Notes: generated by a model not told the origin, from the sequence alone. A stretch of 64,000 bases of DNA from Gemmatimonadales bacterium (GCA_035637455.1 DASPXE010000227.1:12078-76077), one strand, 5' to 3'. Positions 1 through 9,095 are shown, numbered from the stretch's first letter. Program-made: numbers and translations.

Positions 1-636
1 GAACGCCATGCCGAGCCGCATCCCGAAGCGCGCGAGCGCCTCCCGGTAGGGCACGGGCGCGCCGAGCGCCCCCACCTCGCAGGCGCCCGACAGCAGCGAC
101 GCCGTCTTCGAGCGGATCAGCTGGTCGTATTGGGCTTCGTCGTAGGCCAGCTTGTCGTGCGCCTCGAGCTGCCGCATCTCGCCGACCGTCATTTCGTTCG
201 TCACCCGGGCGAAAACGCGCAACGGTGCCAGATCATCGAGCCGCACCAGCTCGATGATGGCGCGGGAGTAGAGATAGTCGCCCATGATCACCGCCACCTG
301 GTGCGAGAACAAGGCGTTGATGGTCGGCATCCCGCGACGCAGCACCGAATGGTCCACCGAATCGTCGTGCACCAGCGTGGCCAGATGGATCAGCTCGACC
401 ACGGCCGCCAGCGTCACCGCCCGCGCATCGTCCGCCCCGGACGCGCGGTAGCTGAGGAGCAGCAGCGTGGGGCGGAACAGCTTGCCCTTCATCCGCAGCA
501 AGTGCTCGTTGACGTCGGCGATGACCGGAAAGTCCGCGGCGATGATGCGCCGCAGCTCGTCCGCCACGCGCTCCAGCTCGCTCGCCACAGGCCGCTGGAG
601 GTCGGCCAGCGCAACGGGGGCGACTTGCTGGCTCAC
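1..636 (-). CDS. polyprenyl diphosphate synthase (IspB/HepT-like), N-terminal part; the gene runs off the window
   Basis: My own minus-strand translation from GTG at 634-636 gives VSQQVAPVALADLQRPV...KGKLFRPTLLLLS...ELIHLATLVHDDSVDHSVLRRGMPT. This is the first Asp-rich DDxxD region of trans-prenyl synthases. It is missing from the ORF track because it is open at the window edge. The listed + ORF 130..684 is its antisense shadow. Confidence 0.85.
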   Translation of the reverse strand, partial: MSQQVAPVALADLQRPVASELERVADELRRIIAADFPVIADVNEHLLRMKGKLFRPTLLLLSYRASGADDARAVTLAAVVELIHLATLVHDDSVDHSVLRRGMPTINALFSHQVAVIMGDYLYSRAIIELVRLDDLAPLRVFARVTNEMTVGEMRQLEAHDKLAYDEAQYDQLIRSKTASLLSGACEVGALGAPVPYREALARFGMRLGMAF

Positions 637-637
637 G

Positions 638-3232
638 TCACTTCACCTTGGCGAGCGCCCGGGACCGCGCGCCGACATCCTTGAAGCGGATATCCACGGC
701 GAAAACCCGGCCGTACTGCTCCCGCGCCTCCGCTTTTTTTCCCTGCTCCTCGAGCGCCCGGCCGAGCCAGTACAGGACGCCGAGCCGCTCCTGATCACTC
801 GACGCGGGCAGCTCGAGCCCGCGCCGCAGGATCGACTCGGCCACGACATACGCGCCCTTGTCGATGAAGCAGACGCCCAGCGCCTCGGACGTCCTGAGCT
901 TGCCCTCGGGCGCGCGCAGCGCCTTCTGGAGCTCGGCGATCGCCTCGTCGAGCAGCCCCATCTCCTTGAACGCGACCCCCAGGTCGTAGTGCGACTGGAA
1001 GTCCGCTTCGTCGATGTTCTCGTCGATCCCCTGCTTGAATCGGGCGAGCATCTCCTGGAAGTCCTTCTCCTCGTCCCCCGTCGGCTCCTCGTCCGCGACC
1101 TTCATGCGGGTGTCGCGCACCAGCGCCTCCTCGTCGAGGATCATCGCGCTGAGGTCGACGAAATCGCCTGCCTCCGCCACCTCATCGCGCACCTTCATCT
1201 TCGCGTCCTTGGGCGCGGTCCGCCCCTCCCGCGCGGGCGGCTTCGGCGGGGCCGGCGGCGGAGCGGCCGGCGCGAGCATAGCGAGCGCCGCCTTCGCCCG
1301 TTCGCTCGTGGGGTCGTGCTCGGCGACCCGCTGGTAAACGGCACGTGCCTTGTCCGGCAGGTCCTGCCGCAGCAGCGTGTCCGCCAGCTCGAGATACGCC
1401 TCGATGAGCTTCGCCTTGTCACCCGCCTTGAACGCGTATTCCACCTGCTGTTGCCGGTGACGCACACTGTTCGGGTCCAGCCGGAGGATCTCCTCCACCA
1501 GGTGCCGCGCCTGCGGCAAATTCCCCAGGTTCTCGAAACCCGCCGTCGCGTGGTCGAGCTCCTCGATCCCGCGGTCCCGTTCGCCCGCCTCGATCAGCGC
1601 CTCGCCGAGCGCTTGGTGCGCCTCCGGGTCGTCCGGGTCGTCGGCGACGCGCTCCTCGAGCTCCTCGATGGTGGGCGGCGCCGGCGTGGCCTCGATGTTC
1701 GTGAACACCAGAGAGGCCGACGTGTCTCCCTGGTTGACCACGCTGTCCAAGCCCAAGTCGATGAACGCCGACTTCCGCGTCTCCGAGACCGACGTGTCAT
1801 CTTCGGTCTGGATGAATCCCCCCGTCGGCGGGATGTCCTCGACCGCGAGCGGCTCGTCGTCCACATCGTGGCCCGCCTCGGCGATCGCCGTATCAAAGTC
1901 GGGCTCAAGCTCGAGCGGCGGCACTTCGACCACGGTTTTCCGCTTCGGTGGCGCGGGCGCCGCCGGCGGTGCGGCCGCCGGGCGCTTCGGCACGACCGGC
2001 TTGAGTTTCGGCGGCTCTGCCGCCGGCGGCCGCGGCTTGGATCCAGGCGTCGCGGGAATCTCGACGCGGCGCGGCGGCCCGACCCCCGGCCGTGCGCTCG
2101 GCGGCGCGGGGGGAGGGGGCGCGGACCCGGGTAGCCCGCCGGGTCGCTTCGGCACGACCGGCGTGACCTTGGCGGGCGCCGAGCGGGACGGAGGTGGGGG
2201 CGGGGGCGGGGGCGGCTCGATCTCGATCTCGTTGTCCAGCATGGGCTCGAGCTCGACATCGAGCTCGGGTTCGTCCGCCTCGACCGGCACTGTGGGTTCG
2301 AGCTCCGCCAGCGGACGCACGTCGTCGGCCGTTTCCGCTTCGCGCAACGATGGCACATCGCCCCGGCCGGCGTCGAGCTGCACTTGCCCGAACTCGGCGC
2401 TCGTCGACTCGAACCCCTCCAGCACCGTTCCCCGGGTCCCGTCGCCTCCAGGCGGTTCCACCTCCTCCGCCAGGCTGGTCGACTCGATCTCGAGCGACGT
2501 GTCCGGGTCGGGGGTCGTGGATTCCACCAGACTTTGCGCCAGCGGTGCGACCTCAGGCTCCGGCTCGGGCGGGCGGAGCGGCGGTGCGACCGGCTTCCCC
2601 TTGGGGCCGGGAGGCGCGTCCACATCCAGGAACACGAGGCTGGACGTCTTCCGCTTTCCCGATTTCGACACGTCTTCGCGCGGCGGAGGGGGTGCCGCAG
2701 GCGCCGGAGCCCAGGTGGACGGGCGCCGCTCGGCTGCACCGTACATCAGGAGATGCTCTTCCAACATCTCCCGCAGCTGGGTGTTCTCCGGAGAAATGTC
2801 GGTGAACTCCTTCAGCGCGGCGAATGCGTGCTGGATCTTGCCGATCTTCTGCATGCGCTCGGCGTACTCGACGAAGTGCTGCTTCGCCTCCGCCGTGAAT
2901 CCCTTGGCCGCGTACAGCTTGGCGAGCTTGAGATAGGTCGTCTGCCGGCCCGGCGCATTCCGGAGCACCTTGTTGCACATCGCAATCGCGTTGTTGTGGA
3001 AGCCGAGCTCGGCGTACTTGTCTACAGCCCGGTCGTAGTAATCGGCCGCCTGGGCGGGGTCCTTCACCTTCAAATAGAGATCACCGACGCGATTGAAAAT
3101 GGACAGGTCGGGGTTGGGCTCCCCCTCTTCCTCCTGTATCTTCAGAACTTCCAGCCAGGCCTCGATCGCCCCCCTGGGGTCTTTGGCCTCGAGGCCCTTG
3201 GCCTTGTCTTTCAGCTTCTCAAGCTTCGACAT
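638..3232 (-). CDS. large TPR-repeat protein with a central acidic/proline-rich disordered region
   Basis: 864-aa ORF. TPR-like helices occur at both ends (YYDRAVDKYAELGF..., ALGEALIEAGERDRGIEEL..., YDLGVAFKEMGLLDEAIAELQKAL). A poly-Pro run and a duplicated PVVPKRP motif lie in the middle. The stop abuts the GTG of the downstream synthase gene. Confidence 0.7.
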   Translation of the reverse strand: MSKLEKLKDKAKGLEAKDPRGAIEAWLEVLKIQEEEGEPNPDLSIFNRVGDLYLKVKDPAQAADYYDRAVDKYAELGFHNNAIAMCNKVLRNAPGRQTTYLKLAKLYAAKGFTAEAKQHFVEYAERMQKIGKIQHAFAALKEFTDISPENTQLREMLEEHLLMYGAAERRPSTWAPAPAAPPPPREDVSKSGKRKTSSLVFLDVDAPPGPKGKPVAPPLRPPEPEPEVAPLAQSLVESTTPDPDTSLEIESTSLAEEVEPPGGDGTRGTVLEGFESTSAEFGQVQLDAGRGDVPSLREAETADDVRPLAELEPTVPVEADEPELDVELEPMLDNEIEIEPPPPPPPPPSRSAPAKVTPVVPKRPGGLPGSAPPPPAPPSARPGVGPPRRVEIPATPGSKPRPPAAEPPKLKPVVPKRPAAAPPAAPAPPKRKTVVEVPPLELEPDFDTAIAEAGHDVDDEPLAVEDIPPTGGFIQTEDDTSVSETRKSAFIDLGLDSVVNQGDTSASLVFTNIEATPAPPTIEELEERVADDPDDPEAHQALGEALIEAGERDRGIEELDHATAGFENLGNLPQARHLVEEILRLDPNSVRHRQQQVEYAFKAGDKAKLIEAYLELADTLLRQDLPDKARAVYQRVAEHDPTSERAKAALAMLAPAAPPPAPPKPPAREGRTAPKDAKMKVRDEVAEAGDFVDLSAMILDEEALVRDTRMKVADEEPTGDEEKDFQEMLARFKQGIDENIDEADFQSHYDLGVAFKEMGLLDEAIAELQKALRAPEGKLRTSEALGVCFIDKGAYVVAESILRRGLELPASSDQERLGVLYWLGRALEEQGKKAEAREQYGRVFAVDIRFKDVGARSRALAKVK

Positions 3233-3238
3233 GAGGGT

Positions 3239-4432
3239 CTAAAGATACGGGGCCCGGAGGGAGCGGACAAGCGAACCTCCTGTCCACACGGCGGTTACGG
3301 GATTCGCGCCCATCCAGTACGCCACTTCCCGCCACTCTGACACGTCGCACAGCACGAGGTCGGCTCGAAAGCCGGGCGCGACTTGGCCCCGATCGGCCGC
3401 CTTGCCTAGCGCAGCAGCCCCGTTCACCGTCACGGCGTTGACGGCCTCCGCATGGCGGAGTCCGAGCTGCGAGACGGCGAGCGCCATGACGAGCGGCACG
3501 CTCACGGTCGGTGACGACCCGGGGTTGAAGTCGGTGGCGAGAGCGATCGTCGCACCGGCGTCGAGCAGTTGGCGCGCCGGCGCCTGCCTGTGCCCGCCCA
3601 GGAACACCAGCGTCGCCGGGAGCAGCACCGCCACCGTGTCGCTCGCCGCGAGCGCGCGGATGCCCGCGGCCGAGACGCCAGCGAGGTGGTCGGCGCTGAG
3701 CGCGCCGAGCTCCACCGCGAGCTCCGCCCCACCCGAGCCCTCGAGCTCATCGGCATGGAGCTTCACGGCCAGGCCGGAGCGGCGGGCGGCGCCGAGCAGC
3801 GTGCGCGCTTCGGCGACGCTGAACACGCCCGGTTCGCAAAACACGTCGCACGCGACGGCGAGCCGCTCGCGCACGACCGCTGGTAGCATGTCCTCGCACA
3901 CCAGGCGGAGGTAGTCACCCCGCCGATTACGGAATTCGGAGGGTACCTCATGCGCGCCGAGGAAGGTAGGGACGAGCGCGGCGGGCTGCGCCCGCGCGAG
4001 CTGCCCGATGACCCGCAATTGTCTCAGCTCGGTCTCGCGGTCGAGGCCGTAGCCCGATTTCACTTCGATCGTCGTGGCGCCGTGGCTGAGCAGCGCACCG
4101 AGTCGCGCGCGTGTGAGCGCCGCCAGCTCGGCGTCGGAGCGGGCGCGGACGTCGCGCACCGACTCCAGGATCCCGCCGCCCTCCGCGGCGATCGCCTTAT
4201 AATCCATTCCGAGCGCGCGTCGCTCATGGTCGTCGAGGCGCGGCGCGCCGAAGACTGCGTGCGTGTGGCAGTCGACGAACCCAGGGAAGAGGACCCCGGC
4301 GACCTCCACAACCTCCACCCCCCGTTGCACGTCGCCTGTTCCAGGCCGCAAGTCAGCATACCGGCCCACAGCGGCGATACGCTCGCCGTCGATCAGCACC
4401 GCGGCATTCGTGAGGACTTCGAGCTCCGCCAT
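3239..4432 (-). CDS. hutI: imidazolonepropionase
   Basis: 397 aa. Motifs GFVDCHTHAVFG, GGGILESV, EVKSGYGL, LGAHEVP, DVFCE, KLHADEL and SADHL are typical of HutI amidohydrolases. It is adjacent to hutU and hutH. Confidence 0.9.
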   Translation of the reverse strand: MAELEVLTNAAVLIDGERIAAVGRYADLRPGTGDVQRGVEVVEVAGVLFPGFVDCHTHAVFGAPRLDDHERRALGMDYKAIAAEGGGILESVRDVRARSDAELAALTRARLGALLSHGATTIEVKSGYGLDRETELRQLRVIGQLARAQPAALVPTFLGAHEVPSEFRNRRGDYLRLVCEDMLPAVVRERLAVACDVFCEPGVFSVAEARTLLGAARRSGLAVKLHADELEGSGGAELAVELGALSADHLAGVSAAGIRALAASDTVAVLLPATLVFLGGHRQAPARQLLDAGATIALATDFNPGSSPTVSVPLVMALAVSQLGLRHAEAVNAVTVNGAAALGKAADRGQVAPGFRADLVLCDVSEWREVAYWMGANPVTAVWTGGSLVRSLRAPYL

Positions 4433-4503
4433 CTCCCGGCCGCGGCGTGCCCGTGTCGGGCCGCGACAGGTGACGACCTGGCGCGCGCCGACCAGGAGCG
4501 TCC

Positions 4504-6183
4504 TCAGTCGCTCGCCTCGCGCATCGGCAGGCGGATGGCGTGTTGTCGGGCGGTCTCGATCGCAGCCGCATAGCCCGCGTCGGCATGACGCGCGATCCCG
4601 ATCCCCGGATCGTTGGTGAGCACGCGCTCGAGCCGCCGGGCGGCGGAGGCCGTCCCGTCGGCAACGCTCACCTGCCCCGCGTGCAACGAGTTACCGATTC
4701 CGACCCCGCCGCCGTGGTGGAACGCCACCCAGGCGGCGCCGGAGGCGGTGTTCAGCAGTGCGTTGAGGATCGGCCAGTCGGCGACGGCGTCCGAGCCGTC
4801 CTGCATCGCCTCCGTCTCCCGGAAGGGCGAGGCCACGGAGCCCGCATCGAGGTGGTCACGGCCGATGACGACGGGCGCGCCGACCTTACCCTGCTTGACG
4901 AGGTCGTTCAAGGCGCAGCCGAAGCGTGCGCGCTCCCCCTGCCCGAGCCAGCAGATGCGCGCGGGCAAACCCTGGAACGTCACGCGCTGCTGCGCCAGCG
5001 TGATCCAGCGCCGCAGGTGCTCGTTTTCGGGGAACAGCTCGAGCACCAAGCGATCGGTGCGATGCAGGTCTTGTGCGTCGCCCGACAGTGCCACCCACCG
5101 GAACGGCCCCTTACCCTCGCAGAACAATGGCCGGATGTACTCGGGGACGAAGCCCGGGATGTCGAACGCGTCGGCAACCCCCGCGTCCCGCGCCTGCGCA
5201 CGGATATTGTTGCCGTAGTCGAACGTCACGGCGCCGCTCCGCCTCAGGTCGAGCATCGCCCGCACGTGCGTGGCTATCCCGGCAACCGAGCGGCGCAGGT
5301 ATTCCTGCGGGTCGCGCCGCCGCAGCTCGGCCGCCTGCGCCATCGACAGTCCCGGCGGGATGTACCCTTGCAGCGGATCGTGCGCCGACGTCTGGTCGGT
5401 CAGGACGTCGGGGACGAAGCCACGACGCGCCAGCTCCGGCAGCACCTCGGCGCAGTTGCCGACCAAGCCGACCGACAGCGTCCGTCCCGCGCGCCTCGCC
5501 TCGTCGCACCAGCGCAGCGCCTCGTCGAGGGACAGCGTCGAGCGATCGAGGTAGCGCGTGTCGACACGGCGCTGGACGCGCGCCGGATCCACTTCGACGG
5601 CGAGGCAAATCGCGTCGTTTATCGTGGCGGCGAGCGGCTGCGCACCGCCCATGCCGCCGAGCCCGCCGGTCAACACGATGCGCCCCTTGAGCGAGCCGGC
5701 GAAGTGCCGTCGCGCGACGGCGCCGAGCGTCTCGTAGGTGCCCTGCAGGATTCCCTGCGTGCCGATGTAGATCCACGAGCCCGCGGTCATCTGGCCGTAC
5801 ATGATGAGGCCCTTCCGCTCCAGCTCGCGGAACACCTCCCACGTCGCCCAGCGGCCGACGAGGTTCGCATTCGCGATCAACACGCGGGGCGCTTCGGCAT
5901 GGGTCGTGAACACACCCACCGGCTTCCCGGACTGCACCAGCAACGTCTCGTCGTCCTCGAGCGTCAGCAACGTGCGGCACACGGCGTCGAACGACGCCCA
6001 ATCGCGCACGGCCTTGCCGGTCCCGCCGTACACGACCAGGTCTTGCGGCCGCTCCGCCACCTCGGGGTCGAGGTTGTTCATGAGCATCCGCAGGGCGGCC
6101 TCCTGGATCCAGCCCTTGCAGGACCGCTCCGGTCCCCGCGGCGCGCGAACGACTCTGGGGCCAGTCACGGTTCCCGATCCCAC
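4504..6183 (-). CDS. hutU: urocanate hydratase
   Basis: 559 aa. Shows [48 protein letters not shown] and the typical urocanase length. The start is GTG. Confidence 0.95.
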   Translation of the reverse strand: MGSGTVTGPRVVRAPRGPERSCKGWIQEAALRMLMNNLDPEVAERPQDLVVYGGTGKAVRDWASFDAVCRTLLTLEDDETLLVQSGKPVGVFTTHAEAPRVLIANANLVGRWATWEVFRELERKGLIMYGQMTAGSWIYIGTQGILQGTYETLGAVARRHFAGSLKGRIVLTGGLGGMGGAQPLAATINDAICLAVEVDPARVQRRVDTRYLDRSTLSLDEALRWCDEARRAGRTLSVGLVGNCAEVLPELARRGFVPDVLTDQTSAHDPLQGYIPPGLSMAQAAELRRRDPQEYLRRSVAGIATHVRAMLDLRRSGAVTFDYGNNIRAQARDAGVADAFDIPGFVPEYIRPLFCEGKGPFRWVALSGDAQDLHRTDRLVLELFPENEHLRRWITLAQQRVTFQGLPARICWLGQGERARFGCALNDLVKQGKVGAPVVIGRDHLDAGSVASPFRETEAMQDGSDAVADWPILNALLNTASGAAWVAFHHGGGVGIGNSLHAGQVSVADGTASAARRLERVLTNDPGIGIARHADAGYAAAIETARQHAIRLPMREASD

Positions 6184-6186
6184 AAA

Positions 6187-6288
6187 GTGCGGAATGAGGA
6201 ATGCGGAATGCGGAATGGCAGTGCAAGGTCGTTCGCTTCATGACGCTCGCACTTCCATTCCGCATTCCGCACTCCGCACTCCGCATTC
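6187..6288. repeat. long imperfect hairpin with arms made of tandem 7-nt units (GCGGAAT and variants); fills the hutH-hutU spacer
   Basis: Left arm 6187-6224 is gtgcggaatgaggaatgcggaatgcggaatggcagtgc. Right arm 6249-6288 is gcacttccattccgcattccgcactccgcactccgcattc, the near reverse complement. The loop is about 24 nt and contains AGGTCGT. Related copies lie at 23673-23731 and 29152-29255. Confidence 0.8.
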
Positions 6289-7771
6289 ATACGGTCCCCG
6301 GATCGAACTTCCCCGCCCGCACGCCCGCCGCCACCCGTTCGATATCGGCCGTGAGTGGGCGGTCGCCGTCCAACGGCGCCACGTCACGCCGGATCGCCGC
6401 ATAGGTACGCGCGACGCCCCGGCCCGGCGTGAGCGGCTTCAGGTACTCGAGCCCCTGCGTGGCGGCGAGCAGCTCGATCGCGACGATCCGAGTCGCGTTC
6501 GCGAGAATCCGGTCCGCTTTCCAGGCCGCGCTCATCCCCATGGGCACGACGTCCTCCTGGTTCCCTTCCGTCGGCACCGACTGCACACTGGCCGGCGTCG
6601 CCAGCACCCGACAGTCGGCGACGAGCGCCGCCGCGGCGATCTGGGCGGTCATGAACCCCGACTCCACCCCCGGATCCCGCGCCAGGAACGCCGGCAGTCC
6701 GGAGGAGAGGTCGGGGTTCACGATCCGCTCGATGCGCCGCTCGGCGATGCCCGCCAGGGTCGCCAGCGCGATCCCCAAGACGTCGAGCGCCAACGCGATC
6801 GGCTGGCCGTGGAAGTTGCCGCCCGAGAGCACGGCGCCGTCGAACACGAGCGGGTTGTCGGTGGCGGCGTTCAGCTCCACCGCGACCAGCCGCTCCGCGA
6901 ATGCGATGCCCTCCCCCACGGCCCCCAGCACCTGCGGGGAGCAACGGATCGAGTACGCATCCTGCACGCGGGGATCGTTCTCGCGATGCGACTCGCGGAT
7001 CTGAGACGCCGCGAGCTGGTCACGCAACAGGGCCGCCGAGCGCTGCTGGAACGGGTGCGGCCGGGCATCGTGGATCCGGGGGTCGAACGGCTCGGGCGTA
7101 CCGCGGGTCGCTTCGAGGCTCATCGCCGCGGCGGCGTGGGCCGTTCGCCACAGCACCCAGGCGTCGTGCACGACGAGCGCCGCCAGGCCCGTTTGCGCCT
7201 GCGTCCCGTTTACGAAGGCGAGCCCCTCCTTCGCTTCGAGCGCGATCGGCTCCAGGCCCTGTGCCTCCACGGCGCTGCCGTCCTCACCTTCGCCGATCAT
7301 CGCGAGCGCGAGGTGCGCGAGCGGCGCGAGGTCGCCCGAGGCCCCAACGCTCCCCTGCGACGGCACGCGTGGGTGCACGCGCTTGTTCAGCATCGCCACG
7401 ATGAGCTCGGGGAGCGCGGGCCGGACGCCGCTCGTGCCCCGCAGCAACACGTTGGCGCGCAACAGCATCATCGCCCGCACGGCTTCCTCGGAGAGCGGGT
7501 CGCCCACGCCGGAAGCGTGGCTGCGAATCAGGTTCAATTGGAGTTGGCGCGCGCGCTCTGGCGGGATCCGTACGTGCGCCAGCTTTCCGAAGCCGGTCGT
7601 CACCCCGTACATCGTCGCGCCGCGCGCGATCGCGTCTTCCACGGTGCGGCGCGACGCCCGCACGGCGTCGAGTGCGCGCGGTGCGATGGTCACGGGGACG
7701 CCACGGCGGGCGACGGCCACGACGTCCTCGATCGCGAGAGAACGACCGTCCAGCGTGACGGAGGCTGTCAT
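6287..7771 (-). CDS. hutH: histidine ammonia-lyase
   Basis: Carries the MIO-forming motif GSVGASGDLAPLAHLAL and the typical HAL N-terminus MTASVTLDGRSLAIEDVVAV. I prefer ATG at 7771 over the TTG at 7792 used by the ORF track. Confidence 0.93.
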   Translation of the reverse strand: MTASVTLDGRSLAIEDVVAVARRGVPVTIAPRALDAVRASRRTVEDAIARGATMYGVTTGFGKLAHVRIPPERARQLQLNLIRSHASGVGDPLSEEAVRAMMLLRANVLLRGTSGVRPALPELIVAMLNKRVHPRVPSQGSVGASGDLAPLAHLALAMIGEGEDGSAVEAQGLEPIALEAKEGLAFVNGTQAQTGLAALVVHDAWVLWRTAHAAAAMSLEATRGTPEPFDPRIHDARPHPFQQRSAALLRDQLAASQIRESHRENDPRVQDAYSIRCSPQVLGAVGEGIAFAERLVAVELNAATDNPLVFDGAVLSGGNFHGQPIALALDVLGIALATLAGIAERRIERIVNPDLSSGLPAFLARDPGVESGFMTAQIAAAALVADCRVLATPASVQSVPTEGNQEDVVPMGMSAAWKADRILANATRIVAIELLAATQGLEYLKPLTPGRGVARTYAAIRRDVAPLDGDRPLTADIERVAAGVRAGKFDPGTV

Positions 7772-7800
7772 GTGACAGGAAGCTACGTTCAAGGCGGAGC

Positions 7801-7915
7801 AGACGCCAAGTCACGACGGGCGTCACGAAGAACCGTCACGAAAAAGCGTCACGGAACAACGTCGTTCCGTGACGCCCCTCCGAGACGCCCCTTCGTGACG
7901 CCTCTCTGAGACGTC
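7801..7915. repeat. hairpin with arms made of about four tandem ~13-nt units (GCGTCACGAARRR)
   Basis: The left arm reads agtcacgacgg/gcgtcacgaagaa/ccgtcacgaaaaa/gcgtcacggaac. The centre is aacgtc. The right arm reads gttccgtgacgc/ccctccgagacgc/cccttcgtgacgc/ctctctgagacg. It sits between the stop of the lipoprotein gene (7920) and the hutH start. Confidence 0.75.
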
Positions 7916-7919
7916 CCGT

Positions 7920-9095
7920 CTACCGCGACCCCGTGACCCGGGCAGCGAGCGCAGGCTGCATCACCACCAGCTCGGGATTCCCAGGATCGGTCTGCGCGCT
8001 CCAATCGAAAATGACGTATTGCCGACCGACCGCCGTAACCCGCAGAGCCGCGTAGTGGTACTGGCCGTTCTCGTTGCGCTGGAACACGTATCCATATCCG
8101 GGGACGGCTTGGATCATGTTGCGCGTATAGCCCGACGCCGGCGCGAAATCGATCGATGTCAGGTCCGCGACGGGATGGGTGCTGTCGTACAGTTGGAGGC
8201 TGTCGCCTGCGAACTCGGGCACGATCCACAGAGTCGAATCGCTCGCCTGCAGGTGAACCCAGAAGTCGATATCCGTGCGGTTACCGTCCTGCGGCAGCCC
8301 CAGCTCGCCGGGATCCCCTTTGCCGTTGCCGTTCGCATCGTTCCAGAAGCGGAATCCCGACTGCGACTGGCTCACCTCATACGCCGAGACCAGCACGTTC
8401 CGCGCATCGGGCCGCGGCGTGTCGTGCCACAGGGGCGACCACAGGCTTTCGTAGCCCTCGACGCTGATTGCCGACACCCCGAAGCAGCGAGGCACTCCGT
8501 TCACCAGCAGCGTGGCCAGGAATTCGTTCGACACGGTAGTGCCCTCGAGGAAGATCGAGTCCCGTTGCGTAATGCAGACGCCCTGATCGAGATCATAGGG
8601 CATGCTATACAAGCGGTACCAGTTGAAGCGGCCGGGATCGGACACAGCGGCGTTGTCCGCCCACTGGAGATGAATGGCCTGGTTGAGCGAAATCGAGGTA
8701 AGGCTCGCGGGCTGTGGCAGCTGCAAGCGCTCGTCGACCGTGATGATGTTGCTCGGGTCGCTCTCGCCGCCGTTCACGTCCGCGGCGGTCACGTAGTACT
8801 GCAGATGGGGAACGCCATTGTCGTGGAAGGTGTTGGAGCTCGTCTCACCGCGGAGCCCATACGGGCTGCTGGTGCTGCCGTGTGAATAAATGCGGTAGCT
8901 CCCCAGGGCCGAGCTCTGCACGTCGTCCCAGACGAGCAGGATCCCGGCCGGCTGGGCCGGGTCGCCGCTCGGGTCGAGCTGATAGGCGAGGTTTTGCGGT
9001 GGCGGAAGCGTGGAAACGAGGCTCGTGGTGTTCGACTGGCAGCCCCAGCTCAAGAGCGCGGCCGCCAGGCCGGTGTATCGCGACAGGAGACGCAT
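7920..9095 (-). CDS. hypothetical secreted lipoprotein with FN3-like repeats
   Basis: MRLLSRYTGLAAALLSWGC is a signal peptide plus lipobox. Two segments resemble fibronectin-III-type domains (LAYQLDPSG...LLVWDD...YRIYS and SISLNQAIHLQWADN...YRLYS). I chose the start at the internal Met at 9095 rather than 9146. Confidence 0.6.
   Translation of the reverse strand: MRLLSRYTGLAAALLSWGCQSNTTSLVSTLPPPQNLAYQLDPSGDPAQPAGILLVWDDVQSSALGSYRIYSHGSTSSPYGLRGETSSNTFHDNGVPHLQYYVTAADVNGGESDPSNIITVDERLQLPQPASLTSISLNQAIHLQWADNAAVSDPGRFNWYRLYSMPYDLDQGVCITQRDSIFLEGTTVSNEFLATLLVNGVPRCFGVSAISVEGYESLWSPLWHDTPRPDARNVLVSAYEVSQSQSGFRFWNDANGNGKGDPGELGLPQDGNRTDIDFWVHLQASDSTLWIVPEFAGDSLQLYDSTHPVADLTSIDFAPASGYTRNMIQAVPGYGYVFQRNENGQYHYAALRVTAVGRQYVIFDWSAQTDPGNPELVVMQPALAARVTGSR

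Noticed and set aside
130-684. A plus-strand 184-aa ORF at the window start.
   Set aside because: It is antisense to a clear polyprenyl synthase reading frame, which contains LVHDDSVD and KGKLFRP. Its own translation is His/Arg/Gln-rich with no motif.
6187-6288. Tandem short repeats considered as a possible CRISPR array. This also applies to 7801-7915, 29152-29255 and 60464-60592.
   Set aside because: The units are only 7-13 nt and directly abut each other with no unique spacers. They are arranged as inverted arms of a hairpin. No cas genes are in the window.
6187-6288. The GGAAT-containing repeat resembles eukaryotic satellite (GGAAT)n, which raised the possibility of contamination.
   Set aside because: The period is 7 nt (GCGGAAT), not 5. 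The element sits precisely between the stop and start codons of bacterial hut genes. Related copies sit between other bacterial genes in the same contig.
7772-7792. The TTG start at 7792 for hutH used by the ORF track (MNVASCH...).
   Set aside because: The ATG at 7771 gives the canonical HAL N-terminus MTASVTLDG. The seven extra residues have no support. I keep it only as an alternative.
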